Shown here: one piece after another, positions 20,601 through 33,254 of the stretch
Layout of the letters: each line of letters starts with the position of its first letter
Numbering within the stretch: position 1 is the stretch's first letter
Origin: Phaeosaccion multiseriatum
Taxonomy: Eukaryota; Protista; Ochrophyta, other classes
DNA length: 64,000 bases
NCBI GenBank assembly: GCA_965112735.1
Contig: OZ218954.1
Location: 4,092,001-4,156,000, forward strand
Direction of reading: 5' to 3'
The notes under the pieces: model-generated
The model's input: only the letters and a program-made list of their open reading frames with translations
Database searches by the model: none
Told to the model about the DNA's origin: nothing
Position numbers and translations under genes: made by a program

Positions 20601-23600
20601 GGAAGGACGGACATGAAATGGAGCAAGGGGTAAGAGACGCGTGAGGCTTAGCTGGGAGCGTAGAGCTGAAACGGGCCGATCACATGAGCTCGACGGGCAC
20701 GGCGCACTGCCCATGACTGCTGAGATTGCTTACCTTCATCGTCGGGGCGGGCGTAGGTGCGGCTGTCCAGACTGGCTTGGTCGTGGGAGCGGGGGTAGGA
20801 GCGTCCGTAGGAGCCCTCGTGGCCTGTGGGTGGAGGAGCGAGCAAGGGAAGGAAGGGCGGACATGAAGTGGAGCAAGGGTTAAGAGACGCGTGAGGCTTA
20901 GCGGGGAGCGTAGAGCTCAAACGGGCCGATCACATGAGCTCGACGGGCACAGCAGACTGCCCATGACTGCTGAGATTGCTCACCTTCATTGTCGGGGCGG
21001 GTGTAGGTGCATCCGTAGGAGCCCTCGTGGGCTGTGGGTGGGGAAGCGAGCAAGGGAAGGAAGGACGGACATGAAGTGGAGCAAGGGGTAAGAGACGCGT
21101 GAGGCTTAGCGGGGAGCGTAGAGCTGAAACGGGCCGATCACATGAGCTCGACGGGCACAGCAGACGGCCCATGACTGCTGAGTTTGCTAACCTTCATCGT
21201 CGGGGCGGGGGTAGGTGCATCCGTAGGAGCCCTCGTGGGCTGTTGGTGGTGAGGCGAGCAAGGGAAGGAAGTCAGACACGAAGTGGGGCAAGTGGTAAGA
21301 GACGCGTGAGGCTTAGCGAGGAGCGTAGAGCTCAAACGGGCCGATCACATGAGCTCGACGGGCACCGCAGACCGCCCATGACTGCTGAGATTACTCACCT
21401 TCATCGTCGGGGCGGGGGTAGGTGCATCCGTAGGAGCCCTCGTGGGCTTGGGGTGGGGAAGCGAGCAAGGGAAGGAAGGACGGACATGAAGTGGAGCAAG
21501 GGGTAAGAGACGCGTGAGTGAGGCTTAGCGGGGAGCGTAGAGCTCAAACGGGCCGATCACATGAGCTCGACGGGCACAGCAGACAGCCCATGACTGCTGA
21601 GATTACTCACCTTCATCGTCGGGGCGGGGGTAGGTGCATCCGTAGGAGCCCTCGTGGGCTTGGGGTGGGGAAGCGAGCAAGGGAAGGAAGGACGGACATG
21701 AAATGGAGCAAGGGGTAAGAGACGCGTGAGGCTTAGCTGGGAGCGTAGAGCTGAAACGGGCCGATCACATGAGCTCGACGGGCACGGCGCACTGCCCATG
21801 ACTGCTGAGATTGCTTACCTTCATCGTCGGGGCGGGCGTAGGTGCGGCTGTCCAGACTGGCTTGGTCGTGGGAGCGGGGGTAGGAGCGTCCGTAGGAGCC
21901 CTCGTGGGCTGTGGGTGGAGGAGCGAGCAAGGGAAGGAAGGGCGGACATGAAGTGGAGCAAGGGTTAAGAGACGCGTGAGGCTTAGCGGGGAGCGTAGAG
22001 CTCAAACGGGCCGATCACATGAGCTCGACGGGCACAGCAGACTGCCCATGACTGCTGAGATGGCTCACCTTCATTGTCGGGGCGGGTGTAGGTGCATCCG
22101 TAGGAGCCCTCGTGGGCTGTGGGTGGGGAAGCGAGCAAGGGAAGGAAGGACGGACATGAAGTGGAGCAAGGGGTAAGAGACGCGTGAGGCTTAGCGGGGA
22201 GCGTAGAGCTCAAACGGGCCGATCACATGAGCTCGACGGGCACAGCAGACTGCCCATGACTGCTGAGATTGCTCACCTTCATTGTCGGGGCGGGGGTAGG
22301 TGCATCCGTAGGAGCCCTCGTGGGCTGTGGGTGGGGAAGCGAGCAAGGGAAGGAAGGACGGACATGAAGTGGAGCAAGGGGTAAGAGACGCGTGAGTGAG
22401 GCTTAGCGGGGAGCGTAGAGCTGAAACGGGCCGATCACATGAGCTCGACGGGACACAGCAGACTGCCCATGACTGCTGAGATTACTCACCTTCATCGTCG
22501 GGGCGGGGGTAGGTGCATCCGTAGGAGCCCTCGTGGGCTGTGGGTGGGGAAGCGAGCAAGGGAAGGAAGGACGGAAGGGGTAGGAGACGCGTGAGGCTTA
22601 GCGGGGAGCGTAGAGCTCAAACGGGCCGATCACATGAGCTCGACGGGCACAGCAGACTGCCCATGACTGCTGAGATGGCTCACCTTCATAGTCGGGGCGG
22701 GCGTAGGTGCGGCGGTCCAGACTGGCTTGGTCGTAGGAGCGGGGGTAGGAGCGTCCGTGGGAGCCCTCGTGGGCTGTGAGTGCAGGAGCGAGCACGGGAA
22801 GGAAGGACGGACATGAAGTGGAGCAAGGGGTAAGAGACGCGTGAGGCTTAGCGGGGAGCGTAGAGCTGAAACGGGCCGATCACATGAGCTCGACGGGACA
22901 CAGCAGACTGCCCATGACTGCTGAGATTACTCACCTTCATCGTCGGGGCGGGGGTAGGTGCATCCGTAGGAGCCCTCGTGGGCTGTGGGTGGAGGAGCGA
23001 GCAAGGGAAGGAAGGGCGGACATGAAGTGGAGCAAGGGGTAAGAGACGCGTGAGGCTTAGCGGGGAGCGTAGAGGTCAAACGGGCCGATCACATGAGCTC
23101 GACGGGCACAGCAGACTGCCCATGACTGCTGAGATTGCTCACCTTCATTGTCGGGGCGGGGGTAGGTGCATCCGTAGGAGCCCTCGTGGGCTGTGGGTGG
23201 GGAAGCGAGCAAGGGAAGGAAGGACGGAAGGGGTAGGAGACGCTTGAGGCTTAGCGGGGAGCGTAGAGCTCAAACGGGCCGATCACATGAGCTCGACGGG
23301 CACAGCAGACTGCCCATGACTGCTGAGATGGCTCACCTTCATAGTCGGGGCGGGCGTAGGTGCGGCGGTCCAGACTGGCTTGGTCGTAGGAGCGGGGGTA
23401 GGAGCGTCCGTGGGAGCCCTCGTGGGCTGTGGGTGGAGGAGCGAGCACGGGAAGGAAGGACGGACATGAAGTGGAGCAAGGGGTAAGAGACGCGTGAGGC
23501 TTAGCGGGGAACGTAGAGCAGAAACGGGCCGATCACATGAGCTCGACGGGCACAGCAGACTGCCCATGACGGCTGAGATTGCTCACCTTCATTGTCGGGG

Positions 23601-26600
23601 CGGGGGTAGGTGCATCCGTGGGAGCCCTCGTGTGCTGTGGGTGGGGAAGCGAGCAAGGGAAGGAAGGACGGACATGAAGTGGAGCAAGGGGTAAGAGACG
23701 CGTGAGTGAGGCTTAGCGGGGAGCGTAGAGCTGAAACGGGCCGATCACATGAGCTCGACGGGACACAGCAGACTGCCCATGACTGCTGAGATTACTCACC
23801 TTCATCGTCGGGGCGGGGGTAGGAGCATCCGTAGGAGCCCTCGTGGGCTGTGGGTGGGGAAGCGAGCAAGGGAAGGAGGGACGGAAGGGGTAGGAGGCGC
23901 GTGAGGCTTAGCGGGGAGCGTAGAGCTCAAGCGGGCCGATCACATGAGGTCGACGGGCACAGCAGACTGCCCATGACTGCTGAGATGGCTTACCTTCATC
24001 GTCGGGGCGGGGGTAGGTGCATCCGTAGGAGCCCTCGTGGGCTTGGGGTGGGGAAGCGAGCAAGGGAAGGAAGGACGGACATGAAATGGAGCAAGGGGTA
24101 AGAGACGCGTGAGGCTTAGCTGGGAGCGTAGAGCTGAAACGGGCCGATCACATGAGCTCGACGGGCACGGCGCACTGCCCATGACTGCTGAGATTGCTTA
24201 CCTTCATCGTGGGGGCGGGCGTAGGTGCGGCTGTCCAGACTGGCTTGGTCGTAGGCGCGGGGGTAGGAGCGTCCGTAGGAGCCCTCGTGGGCTGTGAGTG
24301 GAGGAGCGAGCACGGGAAGGAAGGACGGATGAAGTGGAGCAAGGGGTAAGAGACGCGTGAAGCTTAGCGGGGAGCGTAGAGCTGAAACGGGCCGATCACA
24401 TGAGCTCGACGGGCACAGCAGACTGCCCATGACGGCTAAGGTTACTCGCCTTCATCGTCGGGGCGGGGGTAGGTGCGTCCGTAGGAGCCCTCGTGGGCTG
24501 TTGGTGGTGAGGCGAGCAAGGGAAGAAAGTCAGACACGAAGTGGGGCAAGTGGTAAGAGACGCGTGAGGCTTAGCGGGGAGCGTAGAGCTCAAACGGGCC
24601 GATCACATGAGCTCGACGGGCACCGCAGACTGCCCATGACTGCTGAGATTACTCACCTTCATCGTCGGGGCGGGGGTAGGTGCATCCGTAGGAGCCCTCG
24701 TGGGCTTGGGGTGGGGAAGCGAGCAAGGGAAGGAAGGACGGACATGAAGTGGAGCAAGGGGTAAGAGACGCGTGAGTGAGGCTTAGCGGGGAGCGTAGAG
24801 CTGAAACGGGCCGATCACATGAGCTCGACGGGCACGGCGCACTGCCCATGACTGCTGAGATTACTCACCTTCATCGTCGGGGCGGGGGTAGGTGCATCCG
24901 TAGGAGCCCTCGTGGGCTTGGGGTGGGGAAGCGAGCAAGGGAAGGAAGGACGGACATGAAATGGAGCAAGGGGTAAGAGACGCGTGAGGCTTAGCTGGGA
25001 GCGTAGAGCTGAAACGGGCCGATCACATGAGCTCGACGGGCACGGCGCACTGCCCATGACTGCTGAGATTGCTTACCTTCATCGTCGGGGCGGGCGTAGG
25101 TGCGGCTGTCCAGACTGGCTTGGTCGTGGGAGCGGGGGTAGGAGCGTCCGTAGGAGCCCTCGTGGGCTGTGGGTGGAGGAGCGAGCAAGGGAAGGAAGGA
25201 CGGACATGAAGTGGAGCAAGGGGTAAGAGACGCGTGAGGCTTAGCGGGGAGCGTAGAGCTCAAACGGGCCGATCACATGAGCTCGACCGGCACCGCAGAC
25301 TGCCCATGACTGCTGAGATTGCTCACCTTCATTGTCGGGGCGGGGGTAGGTGCATCCGTAGGAGCCCTCGTGGGCTGTGGGTGGGGAAGCGAGCAAGGGA
25401 AGGAAGGACGGACATGAAGTGGAGCAAGGGGTAAGAGACGCGTGAGTGAGGCTTAGCGGGGAGCGTAGAGCTGAAACGGGCCGATCACATGAGCTCGACG
25501 GGACACAGCAGACTGCCCATGACGGCTAAGGTTACTCGCCTTCATCGTCGGGGCGGGGGTAGGTGCGTCCGTAGGAGCCCTCGTGGGCTGTTGGTGGTGA
25601 GGCGAGCAAGGGAAGAAAGTCAGACACGAAGTGGGGCAAGTGGTAAGAGACGCGTGAGGCTTAGCGGGGAGCGTAGAGCTCAAACGGGCCGATCACATGA
25701 GCTCGACGGGCACCGCAGACTGCCCATGACTGCTGAGATTACTCACCTTCATCGTCGGGGCGGGCGTAGGTGCGGCTGTCCAGACTGGCTTGGTCGTAGG
25801 CGCGGGGGTAGGAGCGTCCGTAGGAGCCCTCGTGGGCTGTGGGTGGAGGAGCGAGCAAGGGAAGGAAGGGCGGACATGAAGTGGAGCAAGGGTTAAGAGA
25901 CGCGTGAGGCTTAGCGGGGAGCGTAGAGCTCAAACGGGCCGATCACATGAGCTCGACGGGCACAGCAGACTGCCCATGACTGCTGAGATTGCTCACCTTC
26001 ATTGTCGGGGCGGGTGTAGGTGCATCCGTAGGAGCCCTCGTGGGCTGTGGGTGGGGAAGCGAGCAAGGGAAGGAAGGACGGACATGAAGTGGAGCAAGGG
26101 GTAAGAGACGCGTGATGCTTAGCGGGGAGCGTAGAGCTGAAACGGGCCGATCACATGAGCTCGACGGGCACAGCAGACTGCCCATGACTGCTGAGATGGC
26201 TCACCTTCATCGTCGGGGCGGGGGTAGGTGCATCCGTAGGAGCCCTCGTGGGCTGTGGGTGGGGAAGCGAGCAAGGGAAGGAAGGGCGGACATGAAGTGG
26301 AGCAAGGGGTAAGAGACGCGTGAGGCTTAGCGGGGAGCGTAGAGGTCAAACGGGCCGATCACATGAGCTCGACGGGCACAGCAGACTGCCCATGACGGCT
26401 AAGGTTACTCGCCTTCATCGTCGGGGCGGGGGTAGGTGCGTCCGTAGGAGCCCTCGTGGGCTGTTGGTGGTGAGGCGAGCAAGGGAAGAAAGTCAGACAC
26501 GAAGTGGGGCAAGTGGTAAGAGACGCGTGAGGCTTAGCGGGGAGCGTAGAGCTCAAACGGGCCGATCACATGAGCTCGACGGGCACCGCAGACTGCCCAT

Positions 26601-29600
26601 GACTGCTGAGATTACTCACCTTCATCGTCGGGGCGGGGGTAGGTGCATCCGTAGGAGCCCTCGTGGGCTGTGGGTGGAGGAGCGAGCAAGGGAAGGAAGG
26701 GCGGACATGAAGTGGAGCAAGGGGTAAGAGACGCGTGAGTGAAGCTTAGCGGGGAGCGTAGAGCTGAAACGGGCCGATCACATGAGCTCGACGGCACACA
26801 GCAGACTGCCCATGACTGCTGAGATTACTCACCTTCATCGTCGGGGCGGGGGTAGGTGCATCCGTAGGAGCCCTCGTGGGCTGTGGGTGGGGAAGCGAGC
26901 AAGGGAAGGAAGGATCGAAATGGAACAAGGGGTAAGAGACGCGTGAGGCTTAGCGGGGAGCGTAGAGCTGAAACGGGCCGATCACATGAGCTCGACGGGC
27001 ACGGCGCACTGCCCATGACTGCTGAGATTGCTTACCTTCATCGTCGGGGCGGGCGTAGGTGCGGCTGTCCAGACTGGCTTGGTCGTAGGCGCGGGGGTAG
27101 GAGCGTCCGTAGGAGCCCTCGTGGGCTGTGGGTGGAGGAGCGAGCAAGGGAAGGAAGGACGGACATGAAGTGGAGCAAGGGGTAAGAGACGCGTGAGGCT
27201 TAGCGGGGAGCGTAGAGCTCAAACGGGCCGATCACATGAGCTCGACCGGCACCGCAGACTGCCCATGACTGCTGAGATTGCTCACCTTCATTGTCGGGGC
27301 GGGGGTAGGTGCATCCGTAGGAGCCCTCGTGGGCTGTGGGTGGGGAAGCGAGCAAGGGAAGGAAGGACGGACATGAAGTGGAGCAAGGGGTAAGAGACGC
27401 GTGAGTGAGGCTTAGCGGGGAGCGTAGAGCTGAAACGGGCCGATCACATGAGCTCGACGGGACACAGCAGACTGCCCATGACTGCTGAGATTACTCACCT
27501 TCATCGTCGGGGCGGGGGTAGGTGCATCCGTAGGAGCCCTCGTGGGCTGTGGGTGGGGAAGCGAGCAAGGGAAGGAAGGGCGGACATGAAGTGGAGCAAG
27601 GGGTAAGAGACGCGTGAGGCTTAGCGGGGAGCGTAGAGGTCAAACGGGCCGATCACATGAGCTCGACGGGCACAGCAGACTGCCCATGACTGCTGAGATT
27701 ACTCACCTTCATCGTCGGGGCGGGGGTAGGTGCATCCGTAGGAGCCCTCGTGGGCTGTGGGTGGGGAAGCGAGCAAGGGAAGGAAGGGCGGACATGAAGT
27801 GGAGCAAGGGGTAAGAGACGCGTGAGGCTTAGCGGGGAGCGTAGAGGTCAAACGGGCCGATCACATGAGCTCGACGGGCACAGCAGACTGCCCATGACTG
27901 CTGAGATTACTCACCTTCATCGTCGGGGCGGGGGTAGGTGCATCCGTAGGAGCCCTCGTGGGCTGTGGGTGGGGAAGCGAGCAAGGGAAGGAAGGGCGGA
28001 CATGAAGTGGAGCAAGGGGTAAGAGACGCGTGAGGCTTAGCGGGGAGCGTAGAGGTCAAACGGGCCGATCACATGAGCTCGACGGGCACAGCAGACTGCC
28101 CATGACTGCTGAGATTACTCACCTTCATCGTCGGGGCGGGGGTAGGTGCATCCGTAGGAGCCCTCGTGGGCTGTGGGTGGGGAAGCGAGCAAGGGAAGGA
28201 AGGACGGACATGAAGTCGAGCAAGGGGTAAGAGACGCGTGAGGCTTAGCGGGGAGCGTAGAGCTGAAACGGGCCGATCACATGAGGTCGACGGGCACGGC
28301 GCACTGCCCATGACTGCTGAGATTGCTTACCTTCATGGTGGGGGCGGGCGTAGGTGCGGCTGTCCAGACTGGCTTGGTCGTAGGCGCGGGGGTAGGAGCG
28401 TCCGTAGGAGCCCTCGTGGGCTGTGGGTGGAGGAGCGAGCAAGGGAAGGAAGGGCGGACATGCAGTGGAGCAAGGGGTAGGAGACGCGTGAGGCTTAGCG
28501 GGGAGCGTAGAGCTCAAACAGGCCGATCGAATGAGCTCGACGGGCACCGCAGACTGCCCCTGACGGTTGAGATTGCTCACCTTCATCGTCGGGGCGGGGG
28601 TAGGTGCATCCGTAGGAGCCCTCGTGGGCTGTGGGTGGGGAAGCGAGCAAGGGAAGGAAGGACGGACATGAAATGGAGCAAGAGGTAAGAGACGCTGAGG
28701 CTTAGCGGGGAGCGTAGAGCTGAAACGGGCCGATCACATGAGGTCGACGGGCACGGCGCACTGCCCATGACTGCTGAGATTGCTTACCTTCATGGTGGGG
28801 GCGGGCGTAGGTGCCGCTGTCCAGACTGGCTTGGTCGTAGGAGCGGGGGTAGGAGCGTCCGTAGGAGCCCTCGTGGGCTGTGAGTGGAGGAGCGAGCACG
28901 GGAAGGAAGGACGGACATGATATGGAGCAAGGGGTAAGAGACGCGTGAGGCTTAGCGGGGAGCGTAGAGCTGAAACGGGCCGATCACATGAGCTCGACGG
29001 GCACAGCAGACTGCCCATGCCTGCTGAGATGACTCACCTTCATCGTCGGGGCGGGGGTAGGTGCATCCGTAGGAGCCCTCGTGGGCTGAGGGGGGGGAAG
29101 CGAGCAAGGGAAGGAAGGACGGACATGAGGAAGGAAGGATCGAAATGGAACAAGGGGTAAGAGACGCGTGAGTGAGGCTTAGCGGGGAGCGTAGAGCTGA
29201 AACGAGCCGATCACATGAGCTCGACGGGCACAGCAGACTTCCCCTGACTGCTGAGATTGCTTACCTTCATCGTGGGGGCGGGCGTAGGTGCGGCTGTCCA
29301 GACTGGCTTGGTCGTAGGCGCGGGGGTAGGAACGTCCGTGGGAGCCCTCGTGGGCTGTGAGTGGAGGAGCGAGCACGGGAAGGAAGGACGGACATGAAAT
29401 GGAGCAAGGGGTAAGAGACGCGTGAGGCTTAGCGGGGAGCGTAGAGCTGAAACGGGCCGATCACATGAGCTCGACGGGCACAGCAGACTGCCCATGCCTG
29501 CTGAGATGACTCACCTTCATGGTGGGGGCGGGGGTAGGTGCATCCGTAGGAGCCCTCGTGGGCTGTGGGTGGGGAAGCGAGCAAGGGAAGGAAGGACGGA

Positions 29601-32149
29601 CATGAAGTGGAGCAAGGGGTAAGAGACGCGCGAGGCTTAGCGGGGAGCGTAGAGCGCAAAAGGGCCGATCACATGAGCTCGACGGGCACCGCAGACTGCC
29701 CATGCCTGCTGAGATTACTCACCTTCATCGTCGGGGCGGGGGTAGGTGCATCCGTAGGAGCCCTCGTGGGCTGAGGGGGGGGAAGCGAGCACGGGAAGGA
29801 AGGACGGACATGAAGTGGAGCAAGGGGTAAGAGACGCGTGAGTGAGGCTTAGCGGGGAGCGTAGAGCTGAAACGGGCCGATCACATGAGGTCGACGGGCA
29901 CGGCGCACTGCCTATGACTGCTGAGATTGCTTACCTTCATCGTCGGGGCGGGCGTAGGTGCGGCTGTCCAGACTGGCTTGGTCGTAGGCGCGGGGGTAGG
30001 TGCATCCGTAGGAGCCCTCGTGGGCTGTGGGTGGGGAAGCGAGCAAGGGAAGGAAGGACGGACATGAAATGGAGCAAGGGGTAAGAGACGCGTGAGGCTT
30101 AGCGGGGAGCGTAGAGCTGAAACGGGCCGATCACATGAGGTCGACGGGCACAGCAGACGGCCCATGACTGCTGAGTTTGCTTACCTTCATCGTCGGGGCG
30201 GGGGTAGGTGCATCCGTAGGAGCCCTCGTGGGCTGTGGGTGGGGAAGCGAGCAAGGGAAGGAAGGACGGACATGAAGTGGAGCAAGGGGTAAGAGACGCG
30301 TGAGTGAGGCTTAGCGGGGAGCGTAGAGCTGAAACGGGCCGATCACATGAGCTCGACGGGACACAGCAGACTGCCCATGACTGCTGAGATTACTCACCTT
30401 CATTGTCGGGGCGGGGGTAGGAGCATCCGTAGGAGCCCTCGTGGGCTGTGGGTGGGGAAGCGAGCACGGGAAGGAAGGGCGGACATGAAGTGGAGCAAGG
30501 GGTAAGAGACGCGTGAGGCTTAGCTGGGAGCGTAGAGCTGAAACGGGACGATCACATGAGGTCGCCGGGCACAGCAGACTGCCCATGACTGCTGAGATGG
30601 CTCACCTTCATGGTCGGGGCGGGGGTAGGTGCATCCGTAGGAGCCCTCGTGGGCTGTGGGTGGGGAAGCGAGCAAGGGAAGGAAGGATGGACATGAAATG
30701 GAGCAAGGGGTAAGAGACGCGTGATGCTTAGCGGGGAGCGTAGAGCTGAAACGGGCCGATCACATGAGCTCGACGGGCACAGCAGACTGCCCATGACTGC
30801 TGAGATGGCTCACCTTCATCGTCGGGGCGGGGGTAGGTGCATCCGTAGGAGCCCTCGTGGGCTGTGGGTGGGGAAGCGAGCACGGGAAGGAAGGATCGAA
30901 ATGGAACAAGGGGTAAGAGACGCGTGAGGCTTAGCGGGGAGCGTAGAGCTGAAACGGGCCGATCACATGAGCTCGACGGGCACGGCGCACTGCCCATGAC
31001 TGCTGAGATGGCGTACCTTCATGGTGGGGGCGGGCGTAGGTGCGGCTGTCCAGACTGGCTTGGTCGTGGGAGCGGGGGTAGGAGCGTCCGTAGGAGCCCT
31101 CGTGGGCTGTGAGTGGAGGAGCGAGCAAGGGAAGGAAGGGCGGACATGATATGGAGCAAGGGGTAAGAGACGCGTGAGGCTTAGCGGGGAGCGTAGAGCT
31201 CAAACGGGCCGATCACATGAGCTCGACCGGCACCGCAGACTGCCCATGACGGCTGAGATTGCTCACCTTCATCGTCGGGGCGGGGGTAGGTGCATCCGTA
31301 GGAGCCCTCGTGGGCTGTGGGTGGGGAAGCGAGCAAGGGAAGGAAGGACGGACATGAAGTGGAGCAAGGGGTAAGAGACGCGTGAGTGAGGCTTAGCGGG
31401 GAGCGTAGAGCTGAAACGGGCCGATCACATGAGCTCGACGGGACACAGCAGACTGCCCATGACTGCTGAGATTACTCACCTTCATTGTCGGGGCGGGGGT
31501 AGGAGCATCCGTAGGAGCCCTCGTGGGCTGTGGGTGGGGAAGCGAGCAAGGGAAGGAAGGACGGACATGAAGTGGAGCAAGGGGTAAGAGACGCGTGAGT
31601 GAGGCTTAGCGGGGAGCGTAGAGCTGAAACGGGCCGATCACATGAGCTCGACGGGCACAGCAGACTGCCTATGACTGCTGAGATTGCCCACCTTCATGGT
31701 CGGGGCGGGGGTCGGAGCGTCCGTCCAAGTAGGCTGGGGCGTAGGCACGGGCGGGGCCGTCCACGTTGGCGCGGGCGTGGGTGCGTACGTGGGAGGCTCC
31801 GTGGGCTTGTGGACGGCGGAGCGAGGACGGGAAGGCACACGCAGTTGGCGCGCGAATTGGAGCGAGGTGAGGAGGAAGGCGGGGGCTACGTGAGGAGAGC
31901 AATATTGGCTTCACATATCACGAAAAGCACGGTGCCTCTCAAGGCAGGCTCTCTTACCTTCGTGGTGGGCACCGGGGTAGCCCCTGTCCAGACAGGCGCG
32001 GGAGTGGGGCTGGACCAGTACCGACTCCACCGGGATTTTAGCATCCTGGCTTCAGGAACATCACGGTCCGTCCTCTCGTCGTTCTCGGAGGTGGCCCGGC
32101 TGACGGCGAGGAAGGCCAGGAGGGCGGTGCCGAAGAAGGAGACACGCAT
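14634..32149 (-). CDS. Giant secreted Pro/Thr-rich (mucin-like) repeat protein with SKDS block and polybasic K/G tail; ~81 exons, ~1,670 aa if all exons are included
   Basis: Exon 1, 32149-31958: MRVSFFGTALLAFLAVSRATSENDERTDRDVPEARMLKSRWSRYWSSPTPAPVWTGATPVPTTK then GTAAG. Exon 2, 31805-31692: PTEPPTYAPTPAPTW...PTMK. About 74 repeat exons lie between ~31527 and 15450. Exon 15303-15169 encodes PTPQPVW...SKDSSDSKDSSKDSKDSSKDKSKGKKHRKRK. Three 33-nt exons encode NKKGKKHRKRK (15066-15034, 14936-14904, 14798-14766). The last exon, 14666-14634, encodes KGGKGKGKWW*. All junctions are phase 0 with AG/GT ends (a few exceptions are listed in findings). Confidence 0.85.
15450..31691 (-). repeat. Tandem array of ~74 exon+intron modules (units mostly ~208 or ~250 bp)
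   Basis: Minus-strand unit: ...cccacag|CCCACGAGGGCTCCTACGGATGCACCTACCCCCGCCCCGACGATGAAG|gtgag...(~160-nt intron). About 53 short (48-nt, 16-aa) and 21 long (90-nt, 30-aa) exons by manual count. Confidence 0.95.
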
Positions 32150-32304
32150 GGTGCTCACGATGTTGGTCACGTAAGCTGTAGTCTTTGCTTTCGTCCAGTG
32201 TTGGTTTGTTTGTGAGCAGGCATGTGCCCTCTATGCTCCTGCTCATCAGCCGAAACATTTATATTCGTTTCTGGACAGCAAGGCAACAATAACGCGCCAA
32301 ATTC

Positions 32305-32325
32305 TCTTGGGCAGTTGGGGCTTCG
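32305..32325 (-). promoter_or_regulatory. Conserved upstream motif of the secreted-protein family (CGAAGCCCCAACTGCCCAAGA on -)
   Basis: The same motif or close variants occur at ~34259-34280, ~5611-5632, ~3479-3492 and ~14270-14283, always 50-180 bp upstream of a family ATG. Confidence 0.5.
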
Positions 32326-33023
32326 AGAAAAATCGCAAAAATCACAGGACTAAACAACCCCCGGGGGGGGAACTACCCTCCTCGACAAACGCGCTGCCTG
32401 GGCTACTTCCTGCTTCCTGCTTTCTGGCTGCGGCCTGGTCGACGTGCCGCCTCTCGTTCGACCGCCCCTCCTCTGGTGGAGGGCAATCTCGAACACAGGT
32501 CATGGTATTTTCGCTCACGGGGCAGCCTTGCTTCCTGAGGCATCCGAATTTGGACTGACGCGGGTCGGGGGGATAGAGGGGCGATAGTACAGGTGAAGAG
32601 CAGTGGTGACCGCCCACCCGATAGCAGCCCCCCCGAGCATGATAGTTGCAAGCCACAGGCCAGGCGATACGCGCCAGCATCCTTTCTCCTTCGCGTTCAC
32701 TGAGCCTTTTCGGGTGCGAGTGAGTAGAGAGCAGCCCAGCCCTGCCTGCCCACTCGCCTTCTTAGCAATCACTCTTTGAGAGCATCTGAGCAATCCTTCC
32801 TAGCACCACTTCCGACTGTTCTGACTCTGGGCTCTCCCCCGGGCGGGTTGCTTCAAGAGTCTGCGCCTTTCGAACCACGACTTTTCTCTGCCCGCCCTCT
32901 CTAGTCCATAGATTGTCCGTCACGATTGTTAGTGCCATACGACGGGAGGGTTCGGATACATTTCGTGCGTCCCTGGGAAGCCGCGGCATCTGCCTTATCT
33001 TTTTGGCATCCGTGGTGCTGCTG

Positions 33024-33254
33024 AGCTTTCGGCCCTAAGAGGTTACAGTGTGCGCCGGTCATAATCAGTAATCAGGCCGGCTGGCGCCGGTCATAATCAG
33101 TAATCAGACCCGGCTGGCGCCGGCATAATCAGTAATCAGGCCCGGCTGGCGCCATAATCAGTAATCAGGCCGGCTGGCGCCGGCAGTACAGTAATCAGGC
33201 CGGCTGCGCCGGCCGTAATCAGTAATCTGATAACCTCTTCCAGGGCCGAGAGCT
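33024..33254. mobile_element. MITE-like element (~230 bp): imperfect ~23-bp TIRs around a ~30-bp minisatellite
   Basis: AGCTTTCGGCCCTAAGAGGTTA at the left end versus TAACCTCTTCCAGGGCCGAGAGCT at the right end (inverted). Inside are ~6 copies of GCGCCGG(T)CATAATCAGTAATCAGGCCGGCTG. Confidence 0.6.

Noticed and set aside
15607-31600. Dozens of 60-135-aa ORFs (MRLSGERRA..., MGSLLCPS..., MSSTLPAK...) as separate genes
   Set aside because: They are shadows of the repeat unit, start mostly at non-ATG codons, and are freely frameshifted by intron indels.
15450-31691. CRISPR array or non-coding satellite
   Set aside because: No unique spacers and no cas genes, the context is eukaryotic, and the units have conserved splice sites and frame-preserving exons.
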